In this document: in pieces, positions 51,321-64,000 of the stretch
Layout: each line of letters starts with the position of its first letter
How positions within the stretch are numbered: the first letter of the stretch is position 1
Origin: Octopus bimaculoides
Taxonomy: Eukaryota
Assembly (NCBI RefSeq): GCF_001194135.2
Contig: NC_068997.1
Span: 2,948,912 to 3,012,911 of the forward strand
DNA: 64,000 bases
Direction of reading: 5' to 3'
Made by a program: the position numbers and the translations under genes
Notes under the pieces: model-generated
What the model saw: only the letters and a program-made list of their open reading frames with translations
Database searches by the model: none
What the model was told of the DNA's origin: nothing

Positions 51321-52367
51321 TTTATAGAATATAATACTGAATTATAAAATTCCATTATGTAAAGTAAGATACTCAATTATGAAGTTCCACACCGAAGAAT
51401 GCACTATTATATTATTAACTTTTGCTATGAAGAATATAGTACTCAATTCTATTGTAAAATGTAATTTCGTCTTGAAGCCTTAGTATGCTTCGAAACGTGA
51501 GAGATATATCAGGCTTTAGGCTGTTATTGCCGAGAATGTATTTGAGTTTTTGGTTTTGCAAGAGTCAGAAGATTGGCGAAATCGGGGAAGTATTTGTTGG
51601 ACAGAATATCTCGTGACATTTAGTAGAGACTTTTTACTTTCGGAGTTCAGATCCCGCTGAAGCGAACTTCCGGTGTTTATATAAACGGTGATATCGATAT
51701 CCCTTGGTGAGTCGCTTTGATCCAAATTTCTAGAAGTTGAGAATGTTACAGAATGCTCTTGTTTTACTGCACGAAAACGAAAATAGATGCCGAAATATAA
51801 AACTGAATTCTTTGAATGCAAATGGATGAAACCTGTGCAAAGTGACACTCCTGACGTGGAACGCCCAAACACGTGTCACTCTTGGCAACTACTCGAGTGG
51901 GTGACATCAGCCAGCTTTCTTTATTTTGAAGTTATGATGACAGAGGTTTAGAGTACAGGGAGTTTTAACACTGACATGAGATCAACAATTTGTCTGTATC
52001 GTGTCCAGAATGTGAAAGGTACTTTATCTGACTGGCTCCGGAAGACTATGAAATTCAACATCGATCCTAGGTGGATCTGAACTCGCGACATAAAAGAAAG
52101 GAAACAAATTAGACATGCGTCGTTATTCTTTCTGCCTGTTGACTAATTTTGCCATACTAACAGACACAACTGATCGCGGTGAAATAGTTTAAGTCCGTTG
52201 AACAGTCTCCAGTATTTCACTTTATTTTATTTCATTTTATCAATCTCGAATGTATCGGAATGCAAAGTCGACCACATCAGGATTTGAAATCGAAAAAAGA
52301 ACTAACGCAGGATGTTGTCTCTATCACTCTTCTAACCTCTCTCTTTATGATGACAAAGATGATGATA

Positions 52368-52401
<34 letters not shown>

Positions 52402-52479
52402 CGACGACGACGATGACAACGACGATGACGACGATGATGATGATGATGATGATGATGAAGATAAAGATGGTAGAATAAT

Positions 52480-53150
52480 CTTATTAGATAATGACTTTAT
52501 AACCGGTGAAACCATCAGAAAATTAGATTTTATGTCAAAGGAAAACCACATTTTCGAATTATTTGGCAAAACAGTGAACAGATTTAATACACGTCACTTG
52601 TTATTTCCTGTCTGTAGCCAATACAGTGGACAAAAGCAATTATAGAATTCTTGCAACCACAGAAGACCAGTTCTCCAGAGAATAGATTCTTTCTAGAACA
52701 TATGTCATCTGCCCTCGTGTCATGTTTGTTCTAGACTTGATAGTATTCAGATTAATGAGTGATGACTAACCCCAAGTCAACATTGATACCTCAACTCGAG
52801 ACGATTAGATATATCTACGCACAAACAGCTCAAAATAGAAACGAATTGTTGAAAACTCGTCACGCAAACTGTATTTTTGGATTAATAAACAAACTTAGAA
52901 TTGAATATTTGACGTGAGCTTATTGCTAAGGAGATTATAATAATCGTGAGTGTGCCTGTCGATACCAGTGACTCTTCTTTGCAAATAACAGCAGCAATTT
53001 CAAGCGTTGCTGCAAAAATTCTAAAGAGGAACACCACCATCTCTCACCATCTATGTTTCCTACTAAATGTATACAAACTCTTTGAAGGTATGATACTGTA
53101 GCATTATCGGAGATAAAACCTCTTCATAGATTGTTTTGTTAAAAAAGATA
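52480..53150 (+). mobile_element. Degenerate LINE RT N-terminal fragments
   Basis: WTKAIIEFLQPQKTSSPENR and CFLLNVYKLFEGMIL resemble the WKxAxIxPILKPGK...YRPISLLxxxYKLFERxIL region. Confidence 0.35.
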
Positions 53151-53152
53151 AC

Positions 53153-53186
<34 letters not shown>

Positions 53187-53624
53187 NNNNNNNNNNNNNN
53201 NNNNNNNNNNNNNNNNNNNNNNNNNNNNNNNNNNNNNNNNNNNNNNNNNNNNNNNNNNNNNNNNNNNNNNNNNNNNNNNNNNNNNNNNNNNNNNNNNNNN
53301 NNNNNNNNNNNNNNNNNNNNNNNNNNNNNNNNNNNNNNNNNNNNNNNNNNNNNNNNNNNNNNNNNNNNNNNNNNNNNNNNNNNNNNNNNNNNNNNNNNNN
53401 NNNNNNNNNNNNNNNNNNNNNNNNNNNNNNNNNNNNNNNNNNNNNNNNNNNNNNNNNNNNNNNNNNNNNNNNNNNNNNNNNNNNNNNNNNNNNNNNNNNN
53501 NNNNNNNNNNNNNNNNNNNNNNNNNNNNNNNNNNNNNNNNNNNNNNNNNNNNNNNNNNNNNNNNNNNNNNNNNNNNNNNNNNNNNNNNNNNNNNNNNNNN
53601 NNNNNNNNNNNNNNNNNNNNNNNN

Positions 53625-53704
<80 letters not shown>

Positions 53705-53761
53705 TTATCAGGTAGTTAGCATGCAATCAACAGGTCACTGTTAAATTAATAGATTTATATA

Positions 53762-54198
53762 TCAGGAGGACGGTAGGCAATGCCTATTATGTGTTCTCTG
53801 GCATTGGCTACCGCTACTGTTCGGACTTGTATACAAAATGGAAATTCAAAAATCTGGTTCCGTTTATTTCGACCACGTAATTCAGCGGTGAAAAATTTTA
53901 GTTTGAGTGATGTTGTATATTCTTGAAATATTGAAGAGGCGTTGTATTCGTGGCTATGTATATCTGTTCGGGTTCATATGCATTTAGGTTGTATTACACT
54001 GATAATTAAAAAGAAGGGGTTTCATGAATCAGTTTCGTTTATTTGCCCGAGGACGACGCGTGTTTATAGTTTTATGGTGATATCCTAAGGTAGTTTAGAG
54101 ACATTGGGTGCCTTCTCCTAGCGTGCAGGTGGGTCTGTATACGTACTAGCTTGCCCTGATTATATATATATATATAAATATACCTACCGTCCTCCTGA
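53762..54198. mobile_element. 437-bp MITE-like element with perfect 16-bp TIRs; superfamily unassigned
   Basis: TCAGGAGGACGGTAGG (53762-53777) and CCTACCGTCCTCCTGA (54183-54198); no TSD recognisable. Confidence 0.8.
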
Positions 54199-54289
54199 CG
54201 CAGCAAACTACGGAGATGACTGCAGCATTAGACCGAAGTTTAATGAACGAATTGATAGATGCTCTCCGCTTATACTACCTTAGACATGG

Positions 54290-54480
54290 TGAGTAAGAAT
54301 ATACTATTGTAACAATCTGATATTTAGAGGTCCTCAGTTGTTCAACTACCTTCCTAAAGAAATCAGAATTATAAAAGAGACCTCAACAGACACATTTAAA
54401 AAAGCCAAAACTTCATTGGATAAACACCAGCAACAGTTTCGGACCAATCATTCAAGGATTCACTCATGAAGACCAGCTGC
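54290..54480 (+). mobile_element. CR1-type LINE C-terminal fragment
   Basis: NLIFRGPQLFNYLPKEIRIIKETSTDTFKK. Confidence 0.6.
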
Positions 54481-54624
54481 GACAAATTTAATTATAGAGC
54501 AACTTGCATCTAAAACGCGACATCAAACCTGAAAGAAAATAACCTAAATCGATTTTCCAGCAAGGCGGCACTCCTACGACTGAAGCCACTATAAAAGAAT
54601 AAAAGAATAAAAGAACACACACAC

Positions 54625-54682
<58 letters not shown>

Positions 54683-55392
54683 ACACACGCACATCTGCAT
54701 ATATATATGGAACTCCTGATGAAGATGGTATGAGAAACGGATGATATCAGATGTTGAGCAGCATTGAAATAAGTTGTACTCGTTCTGCATGTGGGCATCG
54801 AACATTTATACTGAACGAACTTTCCATTGGTCTTAGTTAATAAACTTTATTATGCGTGTGTTTTTGTTTGTGTGTGCGTGCGTGTTAATGTGTCATTGCA
54901 TATGTATTTGTTTGCGCTTATGGTCTGAGTGAGCGCAGTTCCACGCCTTTCTGTCAAAGCGTAGTTTATCGATCCGAAAAATATATCGATAAATTACGTA
55001 CCAGACAAAAATTGCGGTCGATATAATCGAATGAATACCTTGAAGTTTGTGTGCCAGTATGGCCGCAGTTCAGTGACTACAACCGTTAATTTTTTTTTCG
55101 TTTTTTAAATGTATTACACTATAAAACTGAAGTTAACAGTCCAGAAAATTAAAAACTTATTTACAACATTTTGTGTCAGACGTTTTGGCATTTATTTCTT
55201 AGTTTGTTTATATTTCTAATAATAACTTCACTGATGAAAGGTAGCAAATAATAATGATATTGATACATTGAAGAAATTAGCTAAACACGCGAAGTCTAAC
55301 TATAATCTTTTTATATTCCTTACAATACCCCGAATGTTGATATAAAGAGACGTTGCTAAACACGTGTGGGCTAATGTTTGTACTTTCATAAA

Positions 55393-55825
55393 GACGCAGG
55401 CATGGGCGTGATGTTAAGAAGCTTACTTCCCAAACTCATGGTTGCGGGTTCACATCCAATCTGCAGCACCTTCTACTTATAACCTCGGGCCCACCAAAGC
55501 CTTGTGAGTGGATTTGGTAGACGGAAACTGAATGAAAACGTCGTATATGTATGAGTGTATGAGTGTGCGTGTGCGTGTGTATGTGTGTAGCCGTGCACGT
55601 GTGTGTGTGTGTGAGTATGTGTGTGCTTTTTGTATCCGCTTGTTAACCGGTCTTGCGGCGTTTACTTCCCTGTAAGATACCGGTTCGGCAAAACAGGCCG
55701 ATAGAATAAGTATCAGGTTTAACAGAAATAAGTACTGTGATCCAGTCCTTCGATTGAAAATACTTCAATGCAGCGCACCGGCGTAGCTGCTGTCTAATGA
55801 CTGAAATAAGTAAGATATAAAAGAT
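55393..55825 (+). mobile_element. SINE family B, full length, internal (TG)n
   Basis: Head, AAAGCCTTGTGAGTGGATTTGGTAGACGGAAACTGAA, microsatellite and tail are all present. Confidence 0.9.
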
Positions 55826-56216
55826 TTGTCGTCATAATCCGACTGATGACGGACAGGCAACAATAATATTGATATAAAGAGACGTTTCTCAACATATTTA
55901 TTGTAACGCCGCTTAATCTGCTTATAAAGTTGGTCATAATCCTATCGATGAGAAGGAGATAACACTGACAGAGAGGTTAGGGGACATTGCTAAACACACT
56001 TAATCTGATGCTTAATCTGTCCCTTACTTTATCAAACATGTCCTTCGTTTCTCGCTTATTTAATGACTACTATGTGATTCGAGAGAGAACTAGCTACTAT
56101 TTCTATTGTAACAATAACCAAACAGAAGCACCCCCATAGTTGTTGCTGCTGCTGTTATTATTGTTATTGTTGCTGTTGTTAATTCATGTTAGCTGTGATT
56201 TAGTAGGTGTTATTTT

Positions 56217-56355
56217 TGTACTTATTTAATCGACCCCGAAAGGATGAAAGGCAAAGTCGACCTCGGCGGAATTTGAACTCAGGACGTAGCAGCAGACGAA
56301 ATACCGCTAAGCATTTCGCCCGGCGTGCCCACGTTTCTGCCAGCTCGCCGCCTTA
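56217..56355 (-). mobile_element. SINE family A, well-conserved 5' two-thirds; older copy at 57720-57930
   Basis: Near-consensus CCCCGAAAGGATGAAAGGCAAAGTCGACCTCGGCGGAATTTGAACTCAG..GCCAGCTCGCCGCC; flanked by ATTTAG(T/C)AGGTGT direct repeats. Confidence 0.9.
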
Positions 56356-56901
56356 ATTTAGCAGGTGTGATTTAGTAGGTGTGTGGTCAAAAGAGCTCGC
56401 CGTCACCATGCTGTTTATTTCAATTATCACAAACTGTATCTTTAAAAAAGTGATATCAAATGTGTCCCTTCTTTTAAAGACAGTAATGTATGATTTGAGG
56501 AGTGTGTGGTTGTTACTTCTACAATGATAAGCGATGACCTTGCTGTTGATGTAGAAATTTCTGTAGTGAAGTGATGATGTGCGTGCTGAAGTTTTGGTTT
56601 GGTGAAAAAACTTGTGAAGTAAATAATATTACAGTGGTAATGTTATATGGTCGTGCAAAGACAGTCCCACTCTTTCCTCCTTTAAACGTGTTCCGACACT
56701 TGGAACCCTGGCGGGTGCTATACATTTGGGGAGGAGTGGACCTTAAGAGGCGGTTCCACACTCTTCAAAGCCTTGGAACAGGGCATCACTACTGGATGCA
56801 TTTCACTGTACAGTAATTACAGAAGTATGAATTAGCCACAAAACCGGGTTTTGGGAAAACTGACCGTACTCCGAGTATGAATGATTGCTAGACTAATGAC
56901 A

Positions 56902-57096
56902 GGCTCAAGTGTGGATGTGTGGTAAGATATTTGCTTCCCAGCCACATGGTTCCGGGTTTAGTCCTACTTGCGTGGCACCTTGTGCAAGTCCCTTGTACTA
57001 TAGCGTCAGATCAACCAAAGCCTTGTGAGGGGACGGAAACAGAAAGAAACCCGTTGTACATTTATATACACACTCACACACACACACACATATACA

Positions 57097-57183
<87 letters not shown>

Positions 57184-57405
57184 GAGTGTGTGGCGTGTGT
57201 CTTTGTGTCAGTGTTTCACCTCCACTACCGCTTGACAACCGGTGTTGTGTGTTTACGTCCCCGTAAATTAGCGGTTCAGCAAAAGAGACCGATAAGACTT
57301 AAAAAGGAAATAAGTATTGGGGTCAATTAAATCGACAAAAGTTTCTCAAGGTGTTGCCCCAGCATGGCCGCAGTCGAATGACTGAAACAAGTAAAAAGAA
57401 AGAAG
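56902..57405 (+). mobile_element. SINE family B, full length, internal (CA)n(TA)n
   Basis: Head GTGTGGTAAG..CCACATGGTTCCGGGTTTAGTCC..GCGTGGCACCTTG; tail CCCAGCATGGCCGCAGTCGAATGACTGAAACAAGTAAAAAG. Confidence 0.9.
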
Positions 57406-58215
57406 AAACAAAAATCCCACATCACACTACACTACACTATTGTGCAACTTGCTAGAAACGGCAGCTACAACTCTCACAATTCATATCCTAACATCATGAA
57501 AACAATGTGGAACACTGGATATTATGGTCCTAGGAAGTCAATGGTTGATTGAATAAAAAGTTGGCCACGGATGAAGCGGTTATGATCCTTAATCTGTTCA
57601 GTCAGGGTCGAACAGATATTAGATTAAACAACAGCAACAACAACAACGGCAATAATAGCAGAAGAATTAGTGGAAAATAACTTAATATTGATGGATTAGC
57701 AGGGCAAGAACAGTCACAACAATAGTTTTAAATTTTGGCACAAAGACCAGAAATTTTAGGAGGCGGGTTCCGTCGATCACATCAATCCTATGCTCAACTG
57801 CTGCTCAGTTTATCGACTCCGAAAAGCTGAGGCTCAAAAATCGGCATCGTCGAACCCTGAATTCTAAACGTGAAACCGTAAGAAATGCTCTTAAGCATTT
57901 TGTCTGACGTTCTAACGATTTTGCCAGTACGCCAGCCTCGAATATCAAAATATGTTCAGTCCGATGGGCTATTGTCTCAACCAGGAACACCGCTGACAAC
58001 AGCAGCATCAATAATAGCAAAAGCAAGTGAAAAAGGATGAAGAGGAGGGGGAGAAGAAGAAGAAGAAGAAGAACGACAACAACAACAATACCAACAGTGA
58101 TATCAGCTGCAGCAGCAACGAAATGAGTTCTGATATGTTAGAGAACAAAACAGCAGCAACATTAACATCAGCAAGACCAACAGCAATAACAAGAAGAATA
58201 TTGACGGGTTAGATT

Positions 58216-58450
58216 CAATGGATCTCAGCTGGGATCCACACAACCCGTAGAGGTCCATATAAGATTTAGTTATTAGAAATTATATGCAATAACTGCTTGT
58301 GCACTAAATATTTTAACATTTTTTAAATACAATTCCTTATAATATTTAAGCATAAAACGGTTTTTCTAAAACTTCAAATGGTTGTGAGGTCCAATAGAGT
58401 AAAACATGAATCAAATGGGTCCACGGGCATATGATGATTGAGAACCACTG
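58216..58450. mobile_element. hAT-type MITE
   Basis: Ends CAATGGATCTCAGC / GATTGAGAACCACTG; imperfect TSD GGTTAG(AT/CA). Confidence 0.7.
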
Positions 58451-58599
58451 GGTTAGCAGAACGTCAATAACGTCAAGAACAACATCACCAATAGCAGAAG
58501 TACTATCAAACAACTAATTAATGGGAGGGAGTAGCAGTTGTCTTATTTATGCTATGTGCCATTGCTTGAATTTCTCTTGACTTTGCAGCCCTTGTTTTA

Positions 58600-59060
58600 T
58601 ATCTTTACTTGTGTCAATCATGTAAGGTCCTCCGTTGCCACTATTGTATGGACCACTTATTGACTCACTCCCTGCTGTGCCGCAACTTGATTCGTTCTTC
58701 CTCATATTTCTTCTTCATCGGCTCTCCTTTGTGATCCAACATGAATTAATCCTGTTTTTCATTAACCACTCTTTAATCCATTTCTTTGGGCAACGCGACT
58801 GATCAATCACTTCTGTATGTGCTTCTGTTGATCCACTTCTCTGTGCGCCGTTGTTGCTCAAATCCTCCTGTGTGTGACACTGTCGATCCAATCCAACGTG
58901 TACAACCCTCCGTGTGTCGATGTTGATCCCCTTCCGTATGTTCCGCAGATGATCCATTCTGCAGTTGATCCACTCCTCTGGATACTGCTGCTAAACAACT
59001 TCAGTGTTTGCCATTGTTGATTTCACACCTATTCGTACCCTTCTTTAACCCTTCGTCCTA
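58600..59060. repeat. Pyrimidine-rich island with a degenerate internal GATCC repeat
   Basis: TG(T/A)TGATCC(A/C)-like motif about 7 times with irregular spacing. Confidence 0.5.
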
Positions 59061-59784
59061 TTTGTCCAATTACTCGAGTCATTTCTACTCATAAATAGGA
59101 TGAACAGCTCCGGTATGTGCCGCCACTACTGTTTCTGCTACTAATTAACTTTACAGGAACAGATAATTAATAAAGCCACATTAACGAGAGGAGGAGACAT
59201 AAAGAGGAAACAATTAAGTGAGGTGCCAAAAGGCTGTGTGGGACGGAAGAGAAGGGAAAGAGGTGCTACGGAAATCTATTTAAACAAAACTGTTTCCAAA
59301 TGGCTAATATAAATCAAAGCTTGCTCCTTACGCTCACCTCCTCTTTTAACCTTTCTTTCTTTCTTTCTTTCTTCCTTCCTTCCTTTCTTTTTTTTTTCTG
59401 TCTTTCTTCCTCTCTCACCCTCTCACTTTCTCTTTCGCTAGTTATCTCGTTTTTCTCTTCCTCTTCTTATTACTGTAAATAATTACCAATCCTTGACAAG
59501 GAACATCGAGGAGAGAAGCTATTAATGAATGGTTCCGTTAGAATCGTTAAAGACATGTCAAAACATACATCAATTTGATCGCCCGGAACACTCAAGACAT
59601 TTCTTCTCCACCGCCACTCACTTCTGAAGAATATAAAATATTGAGAAAAAGAAACTAGCAAACATATTCAGCGGATATGTGGTGGTAAACGTCGTTTTAT
59701 CGGCAACGGGGTAAGTTTGCCATTTCTTGACACTACCGTGTAGCGGTTCGATCCCTATGTATATCAATTTTCCTTTTACCGTTT

Positions 59785-60086
59785 TTTTTTTCATTTACTT
59801 GTTTCAATCATTGGACAGCGGTGAAGCTGGAGTGCCACCGAATAGGGTGTAGTCGAATAAATAGATCCAAGAAAATATTTTTAAAACCTGGTACTTGTAT
59901 CAGTTTTCTTTATTCCCAAACCACCAAGTTACAGGACACAAACAAACCAACTCCAGTTGTCACACAGGAGTAGGAAAAACACAAATACAATGTCACATAC
60001 GCTCGTGCGTGCACGCACTCATGCACACAGACAGACAGACAGACAGACAAGCAGACAGATAGACAGACAGACACACACACACACAC

Positions 60087-60143
<57 letters not shown>

Positions 60144-60300
60144 TTTATACAACTTGTTTTCAGTTTTCGTCTATCGAATCCTCTTGCAAAGCTTTGGTTT
60201 GTCCAGGCTTACATAATAGAAAAGAGTTTGCCCAATGTGCCACGCAGTGGGACTGAACTCGAAACTCTATGGTTGAGAAGCTTTTTACCACACATGACTC
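59785..60300 (-). mobile_element. SINE family B, full length, internal (CA)n/(GACA)n
   Basis: Reverse head GTGTGGTAAAAAGC..GAGTTCAGTCCCACTGCGTGGCACATTGGGCAAA; reverse tail at 59785-59970. Confidence 0.85.
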
Positions 60301-60841
60301 CATGTAATTTCTCGAGTGTCTGACCACGAGGAAGGCATTACTGCTGCACAGACGCTTGAAACATATTTATGGCCCTTGAAACTAGTTTGAAGACGTTAGA
60401 CTTAATTTATGTCACTGATGTATTTAATAGAAAAATATGAACGCCACCTTGGCACTTTACAATTTACCGTCTTCAAGATCTATTGAAGCATCACTACTAT
60501 GACATCTTTCAAAGAATGCCAACATTCATAAATAAATTATCTTTAGTAATGGGTTGGTTAACTCGTTAATTTTCGCCATTTTTTCCATTATACTGATATA
60601 TCTGTTTACTCTGGTGTGATAGTTGCTGCTGTTGTTGCTGTTGTTGTTGTTGTTATCAAATGGCGGAGGAAATTAATATCTCCACCAGTACCACCATCGA
60701 TATCACCTTCCCGCTCATAACCGTCATTACTATCATCGCCATTTCCAGCACAATATCACCGTCACCACCATCCCTCTTTACACCTACTTACCACCGCCTC
60801 CGCCACTACCGTTACTATCAGCTCCATCATCATCATCATCA

Positions 60842-60945
<104 letters not shown>

Positions 60946-61490
60946 TCGTCGTCGTTATTAGTAGAAGCAAAAAATCAGTAGAACTCTGTGAACAAAATAC
61001 TTGATGGCGTGCAATCACTTTACTTTACATTTTGATTTCAAATTCCCCCGAAATCGCCATTGCCTTTCGTTTTCAGCTCTTGGATTGCGGATTATGATGT
61101 CATCATCGCCGTTGTTGTTGTCGATATTATCATTATCACAGTAGCCATCATATCATCCTCATCGTCTTCGTCCTCATCCTCATCGTCTTCGTCCTCATCC
61201 TCATCAATACCGTCGTCCTCCTCTTCTCCTCATCATTGTCACCACCGTCACTTCCATCATCTCGTTTGTAATGGAACCACCACTAATTTCCCATATCTGT
61301 AAAAGTATTCAAATATTATCTATGACGATAGACATGAGTATTTAGTTCTTAGAATATACGAATGATATTTACTCACATTAACTATTGTTCGATTTAAACA
61401 GATTTACCATTGCTTCTCTAAGATATAACATGTAATTTTGTTTGATGTGCGAAATGAAAATCTTGATATTTTCATCAAACCCCGAAAGAC

Positions 61491-61543
<53 letters not shown>

Positions 61544-61560
61544 TAATAATAATAATAATG

Positions 61561-61760
61561 CCGACATCCTTAGGAAAACCCTATTAATTTAAATGGCTGT
61601 GTTGTATTAACATGAAGATATTTCGCTACTGCTCCTACCACTTCCTCACCAAAAGCTTTCAGCTACATTGTAACATCTCTTAAATTACTCTAGCCCTAGG
61701 ATGCTGGGTTTGTCTGGGTAAGGGATTGTAACACACATGCAGATTAAAAATAATTAACAA
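61561..61760 (+). mobile_element. Short Dong/R4 3' stub after (AAT)n
   Basis: ADILRKTLLI* immediately follows the (AAT)n at about 61489-61560; AAT/GAT repeats resume near 61765. Confidence 0.55.
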
Positions 61761-61989
61761 CAATAATAAGGATGATGATGATAATAACAATAATGATGAT
61801 GACGATGATGATGATGGTGATGACGATAATCACTGTGGTGATGGAGGCGACACAATGCGAGCACGTTGTTTATATATGTATGTACATACATGTGCACGTG
61901 TATATAGAAATAAAGAGAGGAACAGAGATATGGGATCTCAGTAACAACGTCCGTGGGAACATCACGAACGACACATGAAATCATGATGC

Positions 61990-63240
61990 AAGACAACAAG
62001 GAAATAATTTACGGCGAAATAATTAACGGTGAAAGCATCCAGTAATGAAATTGGGATAAAGTTTGTTCTTCATAAATGTGCTATGGCCACTTTCCAGAAA
62101 GGGAACTTGAAGACCTGGAAATCAGTCGTGTTAGATGTTCCCATAGTTATAAAGAACAGAAACAAACCAACAAATACCTATGAATAAATTAAGGCACTGG
62201 GATTTAGCATGCAAGTATGAAAGAGCAGGTGAAGAAGGAATGTTATAGGAGAGCTTGTGCAAACTTGAAATATGAGCTAATTACAAGAAACAAAGTGTTA
62301 GCCATAAATTCCTTAACAGTTTCATTTGTTATTTATAGCTTAAATGTGTTGAACAGGAATATCAGTGACATAAACAAAATTGACAGAAAAATATGAAAGC
62401 TGCTGACTTATAATATGATGCACCCAGGGTTGAATAGCATGAGGGAAGCCCGGCAACTACTGTTACAATGAAGGTAAAATTAATGGCAAGGAAACAAGTG
62501 TATGAACAATTGGCTAATACGTAGGAGCAGAAACTTTTGCATGGCAAACATGTGGTCTGCAGCAAACAAGCTGATGTTGACCAGAAGCACAACCATCGGT
62601 GGCTACGGAGCTCATAGCTAAAGGCAGAGAGCGAAGACTTAACCTTAGTTGTACAAGATCAAAACTTATTGACACGGAACTACCAAGCTAAATGGAATAA
62701 ATCCTAGGTGCTGATTTTGTAATGGTGACATTAAAGCAGTGGATGCAAAGTTTTAGCATCAGTGGAGTATGAATCAAGATATGACAGAGTTGCCCAGTAT
62801 CTACACTGGTTAATATGTCGGCTTCATAAAATCAAAACAGTCGACAATTAGTTTAAGCTCAACCTTGAGGCTGTAACTAAGGGAGAAAATGCAACGATTC
62901 CGTGGGGCTTTCCAGTACATACAGACAGGACCATCAAAATTGTGAAAGACCAAAACAATAAAGTTGGTTTATTGATCAACATGAATATTTCTTGTGATCA
63001 TAGTATCTCGGCAAAAGTATTTGACAAAATCAGAAAATATAAAAATATATTCCCTGAAAGTCAAAAACTGACATCCCAAGACAGTTGCAATACCAACGAT
63101 TGTAGGAGCCATTGGAATGATAAATAAAAGGAATTGAAAATAACTTGGTAATGATCTCTAGCTTACTATCCATGCAATGAGTGCAAAAGATTGTTTTAAT
63201 TGGTTCGTCAAATGTATTGAGAAGAGCATTGCCGTTGTGA
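61990..63240 (+). mobile_element. Dong/R4-clade element 3' half (RT end, degenerate CCHC finger, endonuclease), pseudogenised
   Basis: SNEIGIKFVLHKCA; YRRACANLKYELITRNKVLAINSL; LHGKH; QDQNLLTRNYQA; YDRVAQYLHWLICR; LINMNISCDHSISAKVFDKIRKYK; PTIVGAIG; NVLRRAL. Confidence 0.85.
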
Positions 63241-63454
63241 GAACGATTATCACTGATGTACGTTTTCTGATCACATTGTTTCATTAATGATCTGGTGTGT
63301 TTAATGTAATGGCCTATCAATATATACAGTGAGATTCTTTGCCCTAGGTGTCGGAAAGACATTCGGCAAAAAATGGAAATAAGATCGAAAGAAGAAAAAA
63401 AGAATAATCGCTTCTTTTATTGTCCCGAAGGACTCAATGCATACAGGGCGATAT

Positions 63455-63670
63455 ATTCTTTTCTACTCTAGGCACACGGCCCGAAATTTTGAGGGAGGGG
63501 GCCAGTCGATTAGATCGACCCCGGTACGCAATTGGTACTTAATTTATCGAACCTGAAAGGATGAAAGGCAAAGTCGACTTCGGCGGAATTAGAACTCAGA
63601 ACGTAAAGGGAGACGAAATACTGCTAAGCATTTCGCCTGACGTGCTAACATTTCTACCAGCTCGCCCCCT
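63455..63670 (-). mobile_element. SINE family A, full length
   Basis: ATTCTTTTCTACTCTAGGCAC..GTCGATTAGATCGACCCC..AATTAGAACTCAGAACG..CCAGCTCGCC. Confidence 0.9.
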
Positions 63671-63684
63671 AATACAGGACGATA

Positions 63685-63727
<43 letters not shown>

Positions 63728-64000
63728 TTATGTTTGACTTTTGTTTTGCATTTGTACAAGTTGGATCCAAGTCTCACCCAGAGACCTCAAGAGACAACAA
63801 GTTAGAAGTTCATGTAGGTGTTATGCCTAGGGTACCATATATTTGGATTTGTACAGTTTTGTTCAAGTGAATGTTTAAGAAACCATAAGAAAATTATGTT
63901 TGCTTTAAAATTTGAGATCACATAGACAGTATTTTACGTAGGATATGGGCAGTTCCCATGAGCACTATCTTTTGGACTTCAGCCATTTTGGGGTTTCCTG
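63728..64000 (-). mobile_element. Dong/R4-clade 3' end running off the right edge, ending in (TAA)n
   Basis: Minus strand NPKMAEVQ..VLMGTAHILRKILSM*, then a 3' UTR and the (AAT)n at about 63685-63727. Confidence 0.8.

Noticed and set aside
56571-56816. 81-aa ORF MMMCVLKFWFGEKT... and similar 60-110 aa ORFs in unique-looking DNA (e.g. 21082-21315, 51516-51872)
   Set aside because: No recognisable homology, promoter or splice support; lengths are within chance expectation and some overlap decayed SINEs.

Overview
AT-rich, repeat-dense eukaryotic DNA from a gapped short-read-type assembly, with 10 N-runs, nearly all next to (TA)n or (TG)n. The SINE families and microsatellite load look like octopus or another coleoid cephalopod; this is inferred from memory, not from a search. 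I found no intact host protein-coding gene, rRNA, true tRNA or CRISPR array. Most ORFs in the track are artefacts of microsatellites or N-gaps. The recognisable content is decayed mobile DNA: a Helitron helicase end, about 10 Dong/R4-clade non-LTR fragments mostly next to (TAA)n arrays, RTE and CR1-type LINE fragments, two Tc1/mariner relics, hAT and unclassified MITEs, several tRNA-derived SINE families, Penelope-type hammerhead remnants and two minisatellites. The main unexplained object is a 1.2-kb island at 12.05-13.3 kb. On the minus strand it has CCAAT boxes, TATA, an initiator, a 4-codon uORF, a 49-codon ORF ending in CCT-TGA-CTA, and AATAAA, all between TG...CA ends. It is either a solo LTR or a compact small-ORF gene. 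The next most interesting feature is a 53-bp hairpin at 30.2-30.4 kb whose loop is part of a hammerhead core.
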